Source of the DNA: Opitutales bacterium
Lineage (GTDB): Bacteria > Verrucomicrobiota > Verrucomicrobiia > Opitutales > PNEW01
DNA length: 64,000 nt
Assembly (NCBI GenBank): GCA_965197745.1
Contig: CBDANS010000006.1
Span: 224,001 to 288,000, forward strand
Reading direction: 5' to 3'
Both the position numbers and the translations under genes were made by a program. Each line of letters opens with the position of its first letter. Position 1 is the stretch's first letter. Positions 39,548 to 50,123 of this stretch are shown here, one piece after another. Under the pieces are notes generated by a model that did not search any database, had not been told where the DNA came from, and saw only the letters and a program-made list of their open reading frames with translations.

Positions 39548-41896
39548 GTGAGTGGGCTTCAATTAAGTGTATATATCTGTATAGGATTCATCGGCCTGGC
39601 TTTTAATATATATTTATCGACCAAGACCGCCATCTCTCTACTTCAGCGGTTTAAATTAAAGGATATATCTGCCGTCACCGCCTGGCAATTGCTCCTGCTA
39701 TTGATCATCGCCCAGATGATTCTAGTATGTCTTGTCCTGGGGTATGCAGGGATCCTGAATTTCGGGACAATCACGATTTCCCATCTATCTTTATTTTTAA
39801 TTGCCTGGTTCAATCATCGGCGTGTGGAGAAAACCCCGGGAACAAACACCCGTAATGAGTTATTCATCTTAATTTTTAAAAGTCCATTTTCCAGGGCAAA
39901 GGAATACTTTTGTTCAAGAGAACACCATACCATATATAAATCGGCGGTCATTATTGTGGGCGTAATAATGACAATGATGGTTCTCGTTAATCTTTTAACA
40001 GAACCTTTAAATTATGATTCCCATACATACCGCTTAAGCCGTATCAGCTACTGGCTGCAGGACTCTTCCATTCGCCATTTCGAAACTTCGGAAGAACGGA
40101 TGAATTATACGCCATTCAATGCTGACCTCGTTATGCTCTGGTTGACCAGTTTTTCTCCCATAGGATATCCATTTGTTAAATTTCCCCAGTTTTTCGGCGG
40201 GTTACTTTGCCTTCTCGCCGTTTATGGTTTTTGCCAATCATTGAATATTTCCAAACCGTTATCCCTCCTCGCTCTGCTCCTTGTTATGAGCATGCCCCAT
40301 CTGGCGATACAAATGATCAGCAGCCAGACGGATCTTTTTACCGCCGGGTGCATGAATAGCGGTTTATATTTTTTATTCATCGGTATTAAAAACCACCGTC
40401 CATTCTATCTTGTTCCAGCCTGGCTGGGAATCGCCCTTGCCATCGGCGCCAAAGGCACCGTTTTTTACTGGATCTTTGGACTCGCCATAGCATTTATCCT
40501 CTGGGTATGGACCTATCGGATCAGCTGGAAATTCCTGACCCTGACTATACTAGCTGCCTTTGTATTTATCGGGATTTTCGGATCTCCCCGTTATCTTGAG
40601 AATACAATCCACTATGGAAATCCCCTGGCACCGGTCATTGACATTGAAAAACGACATCCGTCAACAGAAGCGCCGCGTTACAAAGTAGCTACTTTAAATG
40701 CTTTGTCCTATTTGACTGAAAATTTAGAATCGCATTCAAATCCGCTTATTCCTGATTTTATTCTCTCAGCTGCTGCCGACGCATTTTATAAAATATACCC
40801 TGATGTCAGTATCGATTACGAAGGTTATGAGCAGAAAGCGGCCGTAAAACGTTTTTTAAGTTTCCAGACTTTTGAATCAGACCGAGCGACTCCTGGAATG
40901 CTCAGTTGCATTCTATTTATTCTCGGTGGCATTTATGCCTCCTTTAGATTGATTTTCAAACGCGATCAATCTGCTCTTCATATTTTTACTCTTTTTATGG
41001 CGGTACTCGGATTTCTCCTGTTTTTCTGTCTTATCGCAAAATGGTCGCCATTCAAGCACCGCTATTTCGTGCTCTTCTCTCCTTTTATGGCAATTGTGGG
41101 TGTTTACCCTTTCACACTACTTGGCGCCCGTTACTGCAAATGGTTGATCGGTTTATTGTCTTTGAATTTAATCATTTTCAGCTACAGCCTCTTTTTTCTC
41201 AATACCCACAGTAGTTTTAAAAATATTTTTGCCCCCAGTGAAATTATTACCGCTATCAATTTAAGGGAGATCAATGGAATGCTTAACCAGGTGTCAGATC
41301 AGGGAGACCATATAGCGGTTGCCCGTCGAAACGATGTCCTTTTATCCCCCCTCTTTCGCAATGGCCGGAATCAGACAGTGCGCTTTTTTCAACCAAAGGT
41401 GATTGCCTCTGACTACGATAGCCCACGTGAATTTTTAATGGATACGGGCTTTGATGTTTTGATTTCAGAACCCCGTCTATTCCATAATCGTAATGGTAAT
41501 ATATTTTCCTATTCTTATATTAACTTTTTCAGAGGCCCGAGTCAGAATTGGGTGGTTGGCTATCGCTTGCTGAAAAAAGATGAACAACCGATCGGTTTTA
41601 TTGAATTTTATGAGAAACGGGAATCAGAAGATGGACCCGTCCGTCATTACACCTTTTCGATACAAAATAATCATCAACATGTTGTCCCTTTTTATGTGGG
41701 AAATACTTTCAAGAAAGAGGTTGCCGTGGAAATTTCTTCCGCGTTTGTAGATGATAAAATTATATTGAAACCCGGCGCTGAAAATAAAATCGAGATCAAT
41801 TCTGAAATTAATGATACTATAGACTTCAGGGTAAAATTAGATCACGAGACAATAAAAAATTCTTATCAGCGGGCTTTCTTTATCCCCCTGCTTTAG
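39548..41896 (+). CDS. GT-C-fold (polyprenol-phosphate-sugar dependent) membrane glycosyltransferase-like protein
   Basis: Many TM helices, periplasmic NYDSHTYRL motif, QTDL, GAKG, YGNPL, RY, soluble C-terminal domain. Confidence 0.65.
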   Translation: MSGLQLSVYICIGFIGLAFNIYLSTKTAISLLQRFKLKDISAVTAWQLLLLLIIAQMILVCLVLGYAGILNFGTITISHLSLFLIAWFNHRRVEKTPGTNTRNELFILIFKSPFSRAKEYFCSREHHTIYKSAVIIVGVIMTMMVLVNLLTEPLNYDSHTYRLSRISYWLQDSSIRHFETSEERMNYTPFNADLVMLWLTSFSPIGYPFVKFPQFFGGLLCLLAVYGFCQSLNISKPLSLLALLLVMSMPHLAIQMISSQTDLFTAGCMNSGLYFLFIGIKNHRPFYLVPAWLGIALAIGAKGTVFYWIFGLAIAFILWVWTYRISWKFLTLTILAAFVFIGIFGSPRYLENTIHYGNPLAPVIDIEKRHPSTEAPRYKVATLNALSYLTENLESHSNPLIPDFILSAAADAFYKIYPDVSIDYEGYEQKAAVKRFLSFQTFESDRATPGMLSCILFILGGIYASFRLIFKRDQSALHIFTLFMAVLGFLLFFCLIAKWSPFKHRYFVLFSPFMAIVGVYPFTLLGARYCKWLIGLLSLNLIIFSYSLFFLNTHSSFKNIFAPSEIITAINLREINGMLNQVSDQGDHIAVARRNDVLLSPLFRNGRNQTVRFFQPKVIASDYDSPREFLMDTGFDVLISEPRLFHNRNGNIFSYSYINFFRGPSQNWVVGYRLLKKDEQPIGFIEFYEKRESEDGPVRHYTFSIQNNHQHVVPFYVGNTFKKEVAVEISSAFVDDKIILKPGAENKIEINSEINDTIDFRVKLDHETIKNSYQRAFFIPLL

Positions 41897-41910
41897 GGAG
41901 CCATACCATT

Positions 41911-42092
41911 GGCGATTGTCGATCGTAGATTTTAAATGCTGTTTTCAATTGTTAGTTAAGGGGATTATCAATAAATGCCAGGTAATATTCGGTTAAATTA
42001 TAGAAATACATCTTTCCATAATTTAAATAAAAAGAATGCTGAAATAAAACCGCACAGGTTAATCGGCGATCGCAATTCGAAGACCGCAAATT
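41911..42092. repeat. Heptamer-based imperfect inverted-repeat element, copy 1
   Basis: Left arm ggcgattgtcgatcgtagatttt, right arm aatcggcgatcgcaattcgaagaccgcaaa, between convergent genes. Confidence 0.5.
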
Positions 42093-42095
42093 ATC

Positions 42096-42488
42096 TCAAA
42101 CCCATTGGGGTGTTTTAAATAGCGTTGATCCGTAAAAGAAAAATTTCAGGACCGTAAAAACGATAGAAATAAGAACTATGGCAAGAAGGTAATACAATCC
42201 TAACCAGCTGTGTATAATGATGAATATGATATATTCCACCACGCGAAATCCTATCGATGACAAAACGAAATATAAAAATTGCCTGCCCGGTTTTGATTTC
42301 TGTGCTTTGAATACGGCATAACGCAGACCAAGAAAGTTAGTAACCAGCACTGTGACAAGCGCGATGGCGTAGGAAAGTTCTTCATGAAGGCCGATATATT
42401 CATGGCAAAAAAAGGTCACCCCGATATTTACGATGAAACTGAAACCGGAAAGTCCCCCGAATTTTAGAAAATTATTAATAGATTTCAT
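42096..42488 (-). CDS. GtrA-family flippase-like membrane protein
   Basis: 130 aa, four TM, FLKFG, NF..R..VFK, QFLYF. Confidence 0.85.
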   Translation of the reverse strand: MKSINNFLKFGGLSGFSFIVNIGVTFFCHEYIGLHEELSYAIALVTVLVTNFLGLRYAVFKAQKSKPGRQFLYFVLSSIGFRVVEYIIFIIIHSWLGLYYLLAIVLISIVFTVLKFFFYGSTLFKTPQWV

Positions 42489-42491
42489 TAA

Positions 42492-43145
42492 TCATTTTCG
42501 AAAAACGCCAGTAACCATAATCCAGGGAAATGGATTGAGTATTTTAGTGATAGAGAATTCAGCGTTATAAAGAAATTTTTTAAATTCTTTCATAGACCAG
42601 TGATTTATATGCCCGGGAGTATTTCCAAAATCCCTGATATACTTTCCTCGGATACAATTTAATATTCTCCATACCGGCTCATGGGGCACTGAAAGCAGGT
42701 ATTGATTGGCACCTAAAGTCCTTAGGGATTTTAAAGCGTCTGAGGGCTGCTCAACGTGTTCCAGAACTTCGCAGCAAATAACGAGATCCGCGTAATCCTC
42801 TTCTGCGTTTAAATGATTGATACTGCGATGGACATAAGAAATGCCCGCGTCATTTCTCCGAACATTTTCCTCTATTAAGGTAAAAGAAAAATCTGACGCT
42901 CGAATGGGCACTTGACAGCTTTCATATATTCTTCTTGCCAGCCGCCCTTCGCCACATCCCACATCATGAATAGATTTAGCGTTGTAAGCATTCGTGAATT
43001 TTAATATTTTTTCATCGAAATTGGCTATCATCCAGCGAGCAATTGGATTTCGGAGCGTTGCCTTATCCAGTTGATTGCCAATTAAAACACCTTCCTCTTT
43101 TATCCCCCTGTGATGCTCAAACACCATCTTCTCATTTTTAATCAT
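42492..43145 (-). CDS. Class I SAM-dependent methyltransferase
   Basis: DVGCGEG, CCEVLEHVEQP, SVPHEP, GNTPGHINHW. Confidence 0.9.
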   Translation of the reverse strand: MIKNEKMVFEHHRGIKEEGVLIGNQLDKATLRNPIARWMIANFDEKILKFTNAYNAKSIHDVGCGEGRLARRIYESCQVPIRASDFSFTLIEENVRRNDAGISYVHRSINHLNAEEDYADLVICCEVLEHVEQPSDALKSLRTLGANQYLLSVPHEPVWRILNCIRGKYIRDFGNTPGHINHWSMKEFKKFLYNAEFSITKILNPFPWIMVTGVFRK

Positions 43146-43197
43146 CGATCCTTCAAATCTAATGAGGCTTAAATTCTAAATTGATAGCACCCCATGA

Positions 43198-44166
43198 TCA
43201 GCCATCATTGCCCCTTTTATCTTCCTTGATCTGATCTTCCAGGGCCTGTTGTCGCGCCCGAATATTCTCTAATAATTGACGATTCACGGAAATAAGATCG
43301 GAAAGCAAAGCTACCATATATAAGAGAAGACCCGATCCCATAAGCAGGGCAGACATAATAACCGACTGGATCTTTCCCGAACCTTCCCCGAAATAAAAAT
43401 AATAAAGAAATCGCAGTCCAACCAAAAACCCGGCGAAAAAAGTGAACAGGCCACAATAGGAAAAAAATTTAAAAGGCTGATAGGTTATAAAGATGCGCAA
43501 TATGGTGACAATTGACTGTTTAAGATAGGAAGGAACGCTACGGATAAGGCGTGAGGGGCGCGTTTCACCGTTTATGCGAACGGGGACCGAGGTGATCGCC
43601 ATTCCTTTCTGTCCCGCCTGAATAATTGTTTCGAGCGTGTAGGTGTAATCGTTAAAGACATTAAGTTGAATGGCCGCATCCCGACTGAAAGCGCGAAATC
43701 CACTGGGCGCATCATGAATTTCCGTTTTGCTCACGATCCGGACGACCATGCTCCCAAATTTCTGCAGTAATTTTTTCGTCAAACTAAAATGTTTGATGTG
43801 CGCGATATCGCGCGCGCCCACTACAATCTCGGCCCTCTTTCTCAATATAGGTTCAACCAGTTTCGGGATGTCATCAGCACAGTACTGGTTGTCGGCATCG
43901 GTATTTACTATTATGTCAGCCCCCTGTTTGATTCATTCTTCCAGTCCGGCCGTAAAGACTCTGGCCAGTCCACGATTACGGGTAAAATTTACAATGTGGT
44001 CGACGCCATTAGCGCGCGCTGTTTCCTCCGTATGATCCACGCTTCCATCATTAATAACCAGCCATTCAACGACATCTATCCCCGGAATTTCACGCGGTAA
44101 ATCGCTAAGCGTTTGCGGCAACGATTCCTCTTCGTTATAACACGGAATTTGAATGATGAGTTTCAT
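43198..44166 (-). pseudogene. Family 2 (polyprenol-phosphate) glycosyltransferase interrupted by an in-frame TGA
   Basis: [13 protein letters not shown]...AGLEE*IKQGADIIVNTDADNQY...SGFRA. ORFs 43933-44166 and 43198-43845 are in the same frame; TGA at 43933-43935. Confidence 0.85.
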
Positions 44167-44450
44167 GGCGTTAAACAGATACCTCCAACATGTTTTCGAT
44201 AATTACGATAGCTGATATAATCATCTGTGGGAGAAAACTGGTAAACACTCTTTGTAGAATAAAATAAGATTAATATTCATTCGCTATTAACTTTTATAAA
44301 AATGGGCATAAACAATTATGAGGAGATTTATAAAAGAGATTGAATTTAGTATGTAGCGTTTGTTTTAAATCGACTTTCAACTAAAGCAAATTATTCTTCC
44401 ACAATCAAGTTTCCATCCTCTTGAGAGGATGATTCGCTTATTATTTATTT

Positions 44451-45899
44451 ATGGATTATAAATTACATTTTGATTGGGTATCACAAAATGATACCAAACC
44501 ACGTCGCTACCAAAAATCATTTCACGCGCAGATTTTATCCCTTTTAAAGCACCACATCCCCGAAGGGAGAAGTGTAATTGAATGGGGATGCGCGGGTGGC
44601 GATCTCCTCGCTGGATTGAAACCTGATCGAGGATTAGGTATTGATCTTAGTTCCAAAATGGTGACAAGAGCGCAATCCCGCCACGAAGAAGGTAATTTGG
44701 AATTTCGCTGTGCAGACATACAAACTGAGCCGGTTAGCGAAAAATTTGATGTCATTGTTATGGATTACCTCGCAGGTTATCTTCAGGACATCCAGAAATG
44801 CCTGGAAAAAATGCACGACTGCAGCCACGCACGTACCCGCCTTTACCTCACCTCCCTGAACTACGCCTGGCGTCCTATCTTCGCCTTAGCGCAACCTCTC
44901 GGGCTCGTTGTAAAACAACCACCCAGTAATTGGCTGTCTACTAACGATCTTGTAAACCTTCTAACCCTCGCAGAGTGGGATGTTATCTACAAGAGCACTG
45001 AGCAAATATTTCCTTTTAATATTCCGTTAATTTCATCCTTATTTAATCGGTTTCTCGTTCGCCTTCCATTCTTCAAACATTTTGGCGCCACCCTGCTACT
45101 GATCGCCCGGCCACGAATTAAACCTTCGTTAAAGGGTGAGATAAGTTGCTCTGTTATCATTCCAACACGCAACGAAGCTGGCAATATCAGACCCGCGCTG
45201 GAGCGTGTCCCCGTCCTCGGCAAAAAAACGGAAATTGTATTAGTCGAAGGTCATAGTGAAGATGATACCTGGGAAGTAATCCAACGCGAGGTAAAGAATT
45301 ATCAAGGCCCACATGAGATCGCTTATTGTCAGCAACCCGGAAAAGGTAAATGGGATGCCGTCTATACCGGTTTTGCCAAAGCAAAGGGAGACATTCTTGT
45401 CATTCAGGATGGAGACTTAACCGCCCCGCCCGAAGATTTACCCAAATTTTATTACGCTGTCGCGAATGGCCTCGCTGAATTTGCCAATGGCAGCCGCCTT
45501 GTTTATCCGATGGAAGACAGAGCCATGCGCACCCTCAATTTTTTTGGGAATAAGTTTTTTGCCCTCCTTTTAACTTACATTATTGGACAACCGGTAAAAG
45601 ACAGTTTATGCGGGACGAAAATGATAATGAGAGAAGACTACGAACGGTTACTTGAACGCATAAAAGTATTTGGTGAATTTGATCCCTTTGGAGACTTCAA
45701 TCTATTATTCGGTTCCGCCTTACTCGATTTACGTATCCGGGATATTCCGGTCAGATACAGAGATCGCACTTATGGTGATACTAATATTTCCCGATTCAGA
45801 CATGGTGTTTTACTTCTTAGAATGTGTTGGTTTGGCCTTCACAATTTAAAGTTTCCGTCTTTCAAGAAAATTCGCGCTGAAAAGAAGCTTAAGCAATAA
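44451..45899 (+). CDS. Methyltransferase-glycosyltransferase family 2 fusion
   Basis: N-terminal EWGCAGG/GIDLS SAM-binding domain; C-terminal SVIIPTRNEAGNI, QDGD, DSLCGTK, DPFGDF. Confidence 0.88.
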   Translation: MDYKLHFDWVSQNDTKPRRYQKSFHAQILSLLKHHIPEGRSVIEWGCAGGDLLAGLKPDRGLGIDLSSKMVTRAQSRHEEGNLEFRCADIQTEPVSEKFDVIVMDYLAGYLQDIQKCLEKMHDCSHARTRLYLTSLNYAWRPIFALAQPLGLVVKQPPSNWLSTNDLVNLLTLAEWDVIYKSTEQIFPFNIPLISSLFNRFLVRLPFFKHFGATLLLIARPRIKPSLKGEISCSVIIPTRNEAGNIRPALERVPVLGKKTEIVLVEGHSEDDTWEVIQREVKNYQGPHEIAYCQQPGKGKWDAVYTGFAKAKGDILVIQDGDLTAPPEDLPKFYYAVANGLAEFANGSRLVYPMEDRAMRTLNFFGNKFFALLLTYIIGQPVKDSLCGTKMIMREDYERLLERIKVFGEFDPFGDFNLLFGSALLDLRIRDIPVRYRDRTYGDTNISRFRHGVLLLRMCWFGLHNLKFPSFKKIRAEKKLKQ

Positions 45900-45905
45900 G
45901 CCACA

Positions 45906-47846
45906 TCAGTTTAAAGGAAAGATGCGCGCTACTTGTTGATTCATTAAATTAAGGGACTCATCACTTCGGAACTGTTTCAGGAGAGGCAGCGTATCTGAGG
46001 GCGCTCTACGCATCAAGGCAACCGATAATATTGGATCGGCCTCGTCAAGGGGTATGGCCACAGCTCTTATCCATTCATTTTCACTGGCTTGATTTGATAA
46101 TATCAGCGCGCCTAAAGCTGATGAGGCAATGGGTAATTCCAGCCCAGTTAATGTTCTCCATTGGTTTACCGCCTCTTCAATCTGACCGGTTTTCCACCAG
46201 GCTATGGCTTCCATAAATTTCAAGGTGGGATCCTTTCTCGTAAGTTTGCTTAATCGCTTGAGTTGATCCGTCCAGGATTCACCCGTCGTCGAATGAGCGT
46301 TGTTGATATACAGATTATAATAACTTAAAATGGCAACTCGTATGGCATCAGGTCGATCAGCTGATTTTTCCAAGGCTAAAACCCCCCAATGATGGGCCGT
46401 TTCATCCCAGCCTAATCGCGCCGCGGCATTGGCCAATAGCAAATAGTCTTGAATAAACGTGGCCTCATCTTGAGCGTCAAAAAAATTAGAATAAGTCACA
46501 CCACTGACAAAAACAATAACGGCGATAAATCCCGATTTAAAAGTGAGGCTCATCTTTTTCCATTTAAGAGGGAGAGAAGCCCAGACCGAAGAACCGAGAA
46601 CTAAGAGCGACATGAGGGGCAATCGAAAACGTGAACTAACATAAAAGATAAGCACGCCCGCAGCGTATACAGCGGATAAGGCAATTATTAATCGCCATTC
46701 ACGGGGATAGCTTCGAAATCCTAATAAACATCCCCCCGCGCTGAGTATTAATAAAAGCCCCCACCCTATCGGGTTAAACCGCAACCACGGTGATAATCGC
46801 TTGTGTAAGCTATACGTTTTATTGCTGTACTGTTCGTAGTTGTTAAACAAATAATAGAACTTACGGGTCATGAGAGAGCGCCATTCTTCAGGATGACTGG
46901 CGATCATTGTCTGAAATTTTTTCCTCCAGTAATGGTTCATCTCATCAATATTTACCGGTGGTTGCGTTTCAGTTTCATTTAAATAAAGATAGAGAGATTC
47001 AATTTTTGCCGGATTGGCGTGTATCTCTGTCTTTTCGATGAATATTTCCTGTTTAAAAAATTTACCATTAGCGCCAGGTTTATTTGCGGCCCACAAGTTA
47101 TAAGCCCCCTGCCAGGGCATGATTCGGAAGACACCGGCGTGCGCGTATTGTATCACCCCGCCACAGCATAGCACCGCGGCGCCTGCCACTAATATAATCA
47201 GCGATGACCGTAAAGTCTCTCGCCAATTGAGCAGCGTAAATCCAAGGATAAATGGTGTCGCCAGATAAACGACAAGGAAATGAGGTCTGACGAGTGTAGC
47301 CAGTCCCAAAAAAAGCCCTGTGCTCAAGTATTCTTTGTAAAAGTTCCTGTGCTCTTCCCTGTCTCTTCTATTTAAAAGAGGCAGGATTCCGCATAAGCCA
47401 CAAATAAATAAAAATGTACCTAAAGTAATATCATACGGATCAACAGCAAAATAAATGAGTATGGGATTAAAGCCAAAAAGCAGTGTTGAGAACAAAGCCC
47501 CGTAACGGTTTTTAAAAAGCCCGTAAGTGAGCGTGTAAATTAATGACGTGGACATGGCATGCAAGACCAGCCCCAAAAGTTGTGTTGCCATAAGAGTCGC
47601 CCCTGACGAAAACCCCAACATATAAAATACGGATATGAGACAGGGATAAAGCATCGCACGGAAAAAAGGTTCCGGAGGGAGAGTGCCATTGGCGATAGCT
47701 TCAGCAATGAGCATATTCTCAGCACCGTCGAGGACGGGAGACTGGCCCAGTGGGGTTCCCCAATACCAGAATAGATATAATAACCCGTACCCAAATGTGC
47801 CCAATAGAATCCACCTTGTCACGCGATCACTTAAGGCGGCCAGCAT
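45906..47846 (-). CDS. ArnT/PMT-like (GT-C) glycosyltransferase with C-terminal TPR-like region
   Basis: PVLD, PFFRAMLYP, LATLVRP, YNLWAAN, FYVSSRFRLP; helical C-terminus. Confidence 0.75.
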   Translation of the reverse strand: MLAALSDRVTRWILLGTFGYGLLYLFWYWGTPLGQSPVLDGAENMLIAEAIANGTLPPEPFFRAMLYPCLISVFYMLGFSSGATLMATQLLGLVLHAMSTSLIYTLTYGLFKNRYGALFSTLLFGFNPILIYFAVDPYDITLGTFLFICGLCGILPLLNRRDREEHRNFYKEYLSTGLFLGLATLVRPHFLVVYLATPFILGFTLLNWRETLRSSLIILVAGAAVLCCGGVIQYAHAGVFRIMPWQGAYNLWAANKPGANGKFFKQEIFIEKTEIHANPAKIESLYLYLNETETQPPVNIDEMNHYWRKKFQTMIASHPEEWRSLMTRKFYYLFNNYEQYSNKTYSLHKRLSPWLRFNPIGWGLLLILSAGGCLLGFRSYPREWRLIIALSAVYAAGVLIFYVSSRFRLPLMSLLVLGSSVWASLPLKWKKMSLTFKSGFIAVIVFVSGVTYSNFFDAQDEATFIQDYLLLANAAARLGWDETAHHWGVLALEKSADRPDAIRVAILSYYNLYINNAHSTTGESWTDQLKRLSKLTRKDPTLKFMEAIAWWKTGQIEEAVNQWRTLTGLELPIASSALGALILSNQASENEWIRAVAIPLDEADPILSVALMRRAPSDTLPLLKQFRSDESLNLMNQQVARIFPLN

Positions 47847-47984
47847 AGTTAATCCTTATACTATAGTGAGGTGAAACGGCAATGTTCATAATCGAGTGGT
47901 TGGGGTTAAAAACTTTACTCTGATGTTCAATGCATGGGAGAATGGTATTGTCCTTAAACGGTTACAACGCTAAACAAATTACTT

Positions 47985-48677
47985 ATGCTAACCCGATTAT
48001 TTCGCAATAAGCATGCTTTATGGATATTGTCTATAAACCTGCTCCTATTGCTTATAGTCATAGCCTTGGGTTGGATATACTGGCAAGAATTGTCCCCTTC
48101 GGTTTTCGTTATGGGGACACGGTTTTGGTCCATGCTGCAGGAAACACCCGCCGTTGTATTCTTCGGGCTTATGGCCGTTCTTCCTCTGCTCCCTATACCA
48201 TTAAGCCCATTTTTTCTCATTGCCGGTTCAATTTACGGATTCTCTTTCAGTCTCACTTCAATTGCCGTCGTGATATTGGTAAATCTCTCCCTGTCTTATT
48301 ATATTGCCACCGGTTTATTTCGACCGCTCATCGAAAAAATTGTCGCCAGATTTTCATATCGCATCCCTGAAGTTTATCCCTCCGAACATTTGAAGATTTC
48401 AGTTGTCTTGCGCATCACCCCGGGAATGCCTTATTTTGTGAAAAACCTGCTCAACGGTCTCGTGGGAGTCCCCTTTAAACTCTATATTATGGTATCCTGG
48501 CCCCTGGAGATGGCATGGGCGATAGCCTTTTTAATCCTCGGTGAATCCCTTTTTGAAGGCAGCTTCGGTCTCGCCGTTTCTGCTGTCAGTCTTATTATCG
48601 TCCTGATATTGATGACAAAAATAATTCGCGATCGTTATGCCAAATCCGATACAAGCAACCCTGTTACCAGCGGATGA
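47985..48677 (+). CDS. TVP38/TMEM64 (VTT/DedA) family membrane protein
   Basis: PIPLSPF..AG..YG, LRITPGMPY..N. Confidence 0.85.
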   Translation: MLTRLFRNKHALWILSINLLLLLIVIALGWIYWQELSPSVFVMGTRFWSMLQETPAVVFFGLMAVLPLLPIPLSPFFLIAGSIYGFSFSLTSIAVVILVNLSLSYYIATGLFRPLIEKIVARFSYRIPEVYPSEHLKISVVLRITPGMPYFVKNLLNGLVGVPFKLYIMVSWPLEMAWAIAFLILGESLFEGSFGLAVSAVSLIIVLILMTKIIRDRYAKSDTSNPVTSG

Positions 48678-49995
48678 CCAGATTCACACTGTTTCCCAGA
48701 TAACGAAACAGGTTAAAACGCTCCTCGAGTCCCATCTCTCCGATTGCTGGGTGCGCGGTGAAATATCGAATTTTCGCCGTCAGTCCAGTGGTCATTGCTA
48801 CTTTTCACTTAAAGACCATGCCAGCGTGCTCTCAGCAGTAATCTTTCGGGGCGATGCCTCGAGAGTGAACCTGGAACTCAGAGATGGGCAGGAAGTCATC
48901 GCTTTTGGCCGAGTCAATGTTTACGAACCACGCGGAACTTATCAGTTAATAATTCGGTTTGTCGTAGATGATGGCGCGGGTCGGCTGCAGATGGAATTCG
49001 AACGGCTTAAAAAATTGCTCGCCGATGAGGGCCTCTTCGAATCCGAACAAAAAAAACCACTTCCTCTCCTTCCTCAAACCATCGGTATAATTACTTCACC
49101 CACCGGTGCTGCTGTTCGGGATTTTATCAGTATATTAAAACGCCATGACTGGCGCGGAAAATTAATTGTCCTACCTGTCAAAGTACAGGGAGAGGGCGCT
49201 GCAGAAGAAATTGCCTCCATGCTGAATATGGCCCCCCGCCTACAGGATATTGATTTAATCATGCTGGGAAGAGGAGGTGGCAGCCTGGAAGACCTTTGGC
49301 CATTCAATGAAGAGAAAGTTGTCAGGGCTATAGCCGCTTGTGATATTCCCGTCACTTCCGCAGTGGGTCATGAAATTGACTATACGCTCAGCGATTTTGT
49401 CGCTGATCACCGAGCGGAAACACCTTCGGCCGCGGCAGAGTATATCTCCCGTGGATATCACGATTGCCAGGACCGAATAAGGCGGGCGGCTGATTTTCTC
49501 GAGGAGAATATTCAAGTTCGAGTAGAAAGACTCCATAACCGATTAGACCTGCAGGAAAGTCATCTTATTCGTCTCTCACCCAAACAACTGATAGAACATC
49601 ATTACCTTCGTTTAGATGACGTGGCCAACCGCCTGCAGGCCTTATTAAAAGAGGGCATTTCAACAGGGAGGGAGCAATTAGGTGAACTCGCTACTCGACT
49701 TTACGGATTATCGCCTGAAGGTGCCTATCGATTGGCAGCCCTAAAATTTAAAGCGGCGAAAGACCGTTACACCAGATTTGCTATAAATGCTTTAGATAAG
49801 CCAAGCACACGGATTGAGCAACTCTCCAAACGTTTGAATGATGTCGGTCCTCAACAAACGCTGATGCGTGGGTTTGTTCTCGTAAGAGATGAAAAAGGAA
49901 ATATTGTCAGTCGTAAGAAGGGGATAACTAAAGGGCTTAAATTGAAAAATCAGTTTTACGACGGAGATATAATTGTAGAGGTCACTGAGAATTGA
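48637..49995 (+). CDS. xseA: Exodeoxyribonuclease VII large subunit
   Basis: VRGEISN, SGHCYFSLKD, ITSPTGAAVRD, GRGGGSLEDLW.FNEE, VGHEID, RAETPSAAAE. Confidence 0.97.
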   Translation: MPNPIQATLLPADDQIHTVSQITKQVKTLLESHLSDCWVRGEISNFRRQSSGHCYFSLKDHASVLSAVIFRGDASRVNLELRDGQEVIAFGRVNVYEPRGTYQLIIRFVVDDGAGRLQMEFERLKKLLADEGLFESEQKKPLPLLPQTIGIITSPTGAAVRDFISILKRHDWRGKLIVLPVKVQGEGAAEEIASMLNMAPRLQDIDLIMLGRGGGSLEDLWPFNEEKVVRAIAACDIPVTSAVGHEIDYTLSDFVADHRAETPSAAAEYISRGYHDCQDRIRRAADFLEENIQVRVERLHNRLDLQESHLIRLSPKQLIEHHYLRLDDVANRLQALLKEGISTGREQLGELATRLYGLSPEGAYRLAALKFKAAKDRYTRFAINALDKPSTRIEQLSKRLNDVGPQQTLMRGFVLVRDEKGNIVSRKKGITKGLKLKNQFYDGDIIVEVTEN

Positions 49996-50005
49996 CAATC
50001 CATTC

Positions 50006-50116
50006 AATTGGCGATTTTCGATTGCTGATTGAGCCTTACGGTTTTCATCTCTTTTAACTTTAATCGTAAATTTTGTGCTCCATCATTCGAAAATCGTAAA
50101 TCGGCAATCGACAATT
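50006..50116. repeat. Heptamer-based imperfect inverted-repeat element, copy 2
   Basis: aattggcgattttcgattgctgatt ... attcgaaaatcgtaaatcggcaatcgacaatt; arms are approximate reverse complements, between convergent genes. Confidence 0.65.
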
Positions 50117-50123
50117 GTCACCG

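Noticed and set aside
43933..43935. Genome-wide UGA recoding (genetic code 4/25)
   Set aside because: Intact genes such as proS, xseA, rpsU and mutY end at TGA at their expected C-termini, and other genes have no internal TGA.
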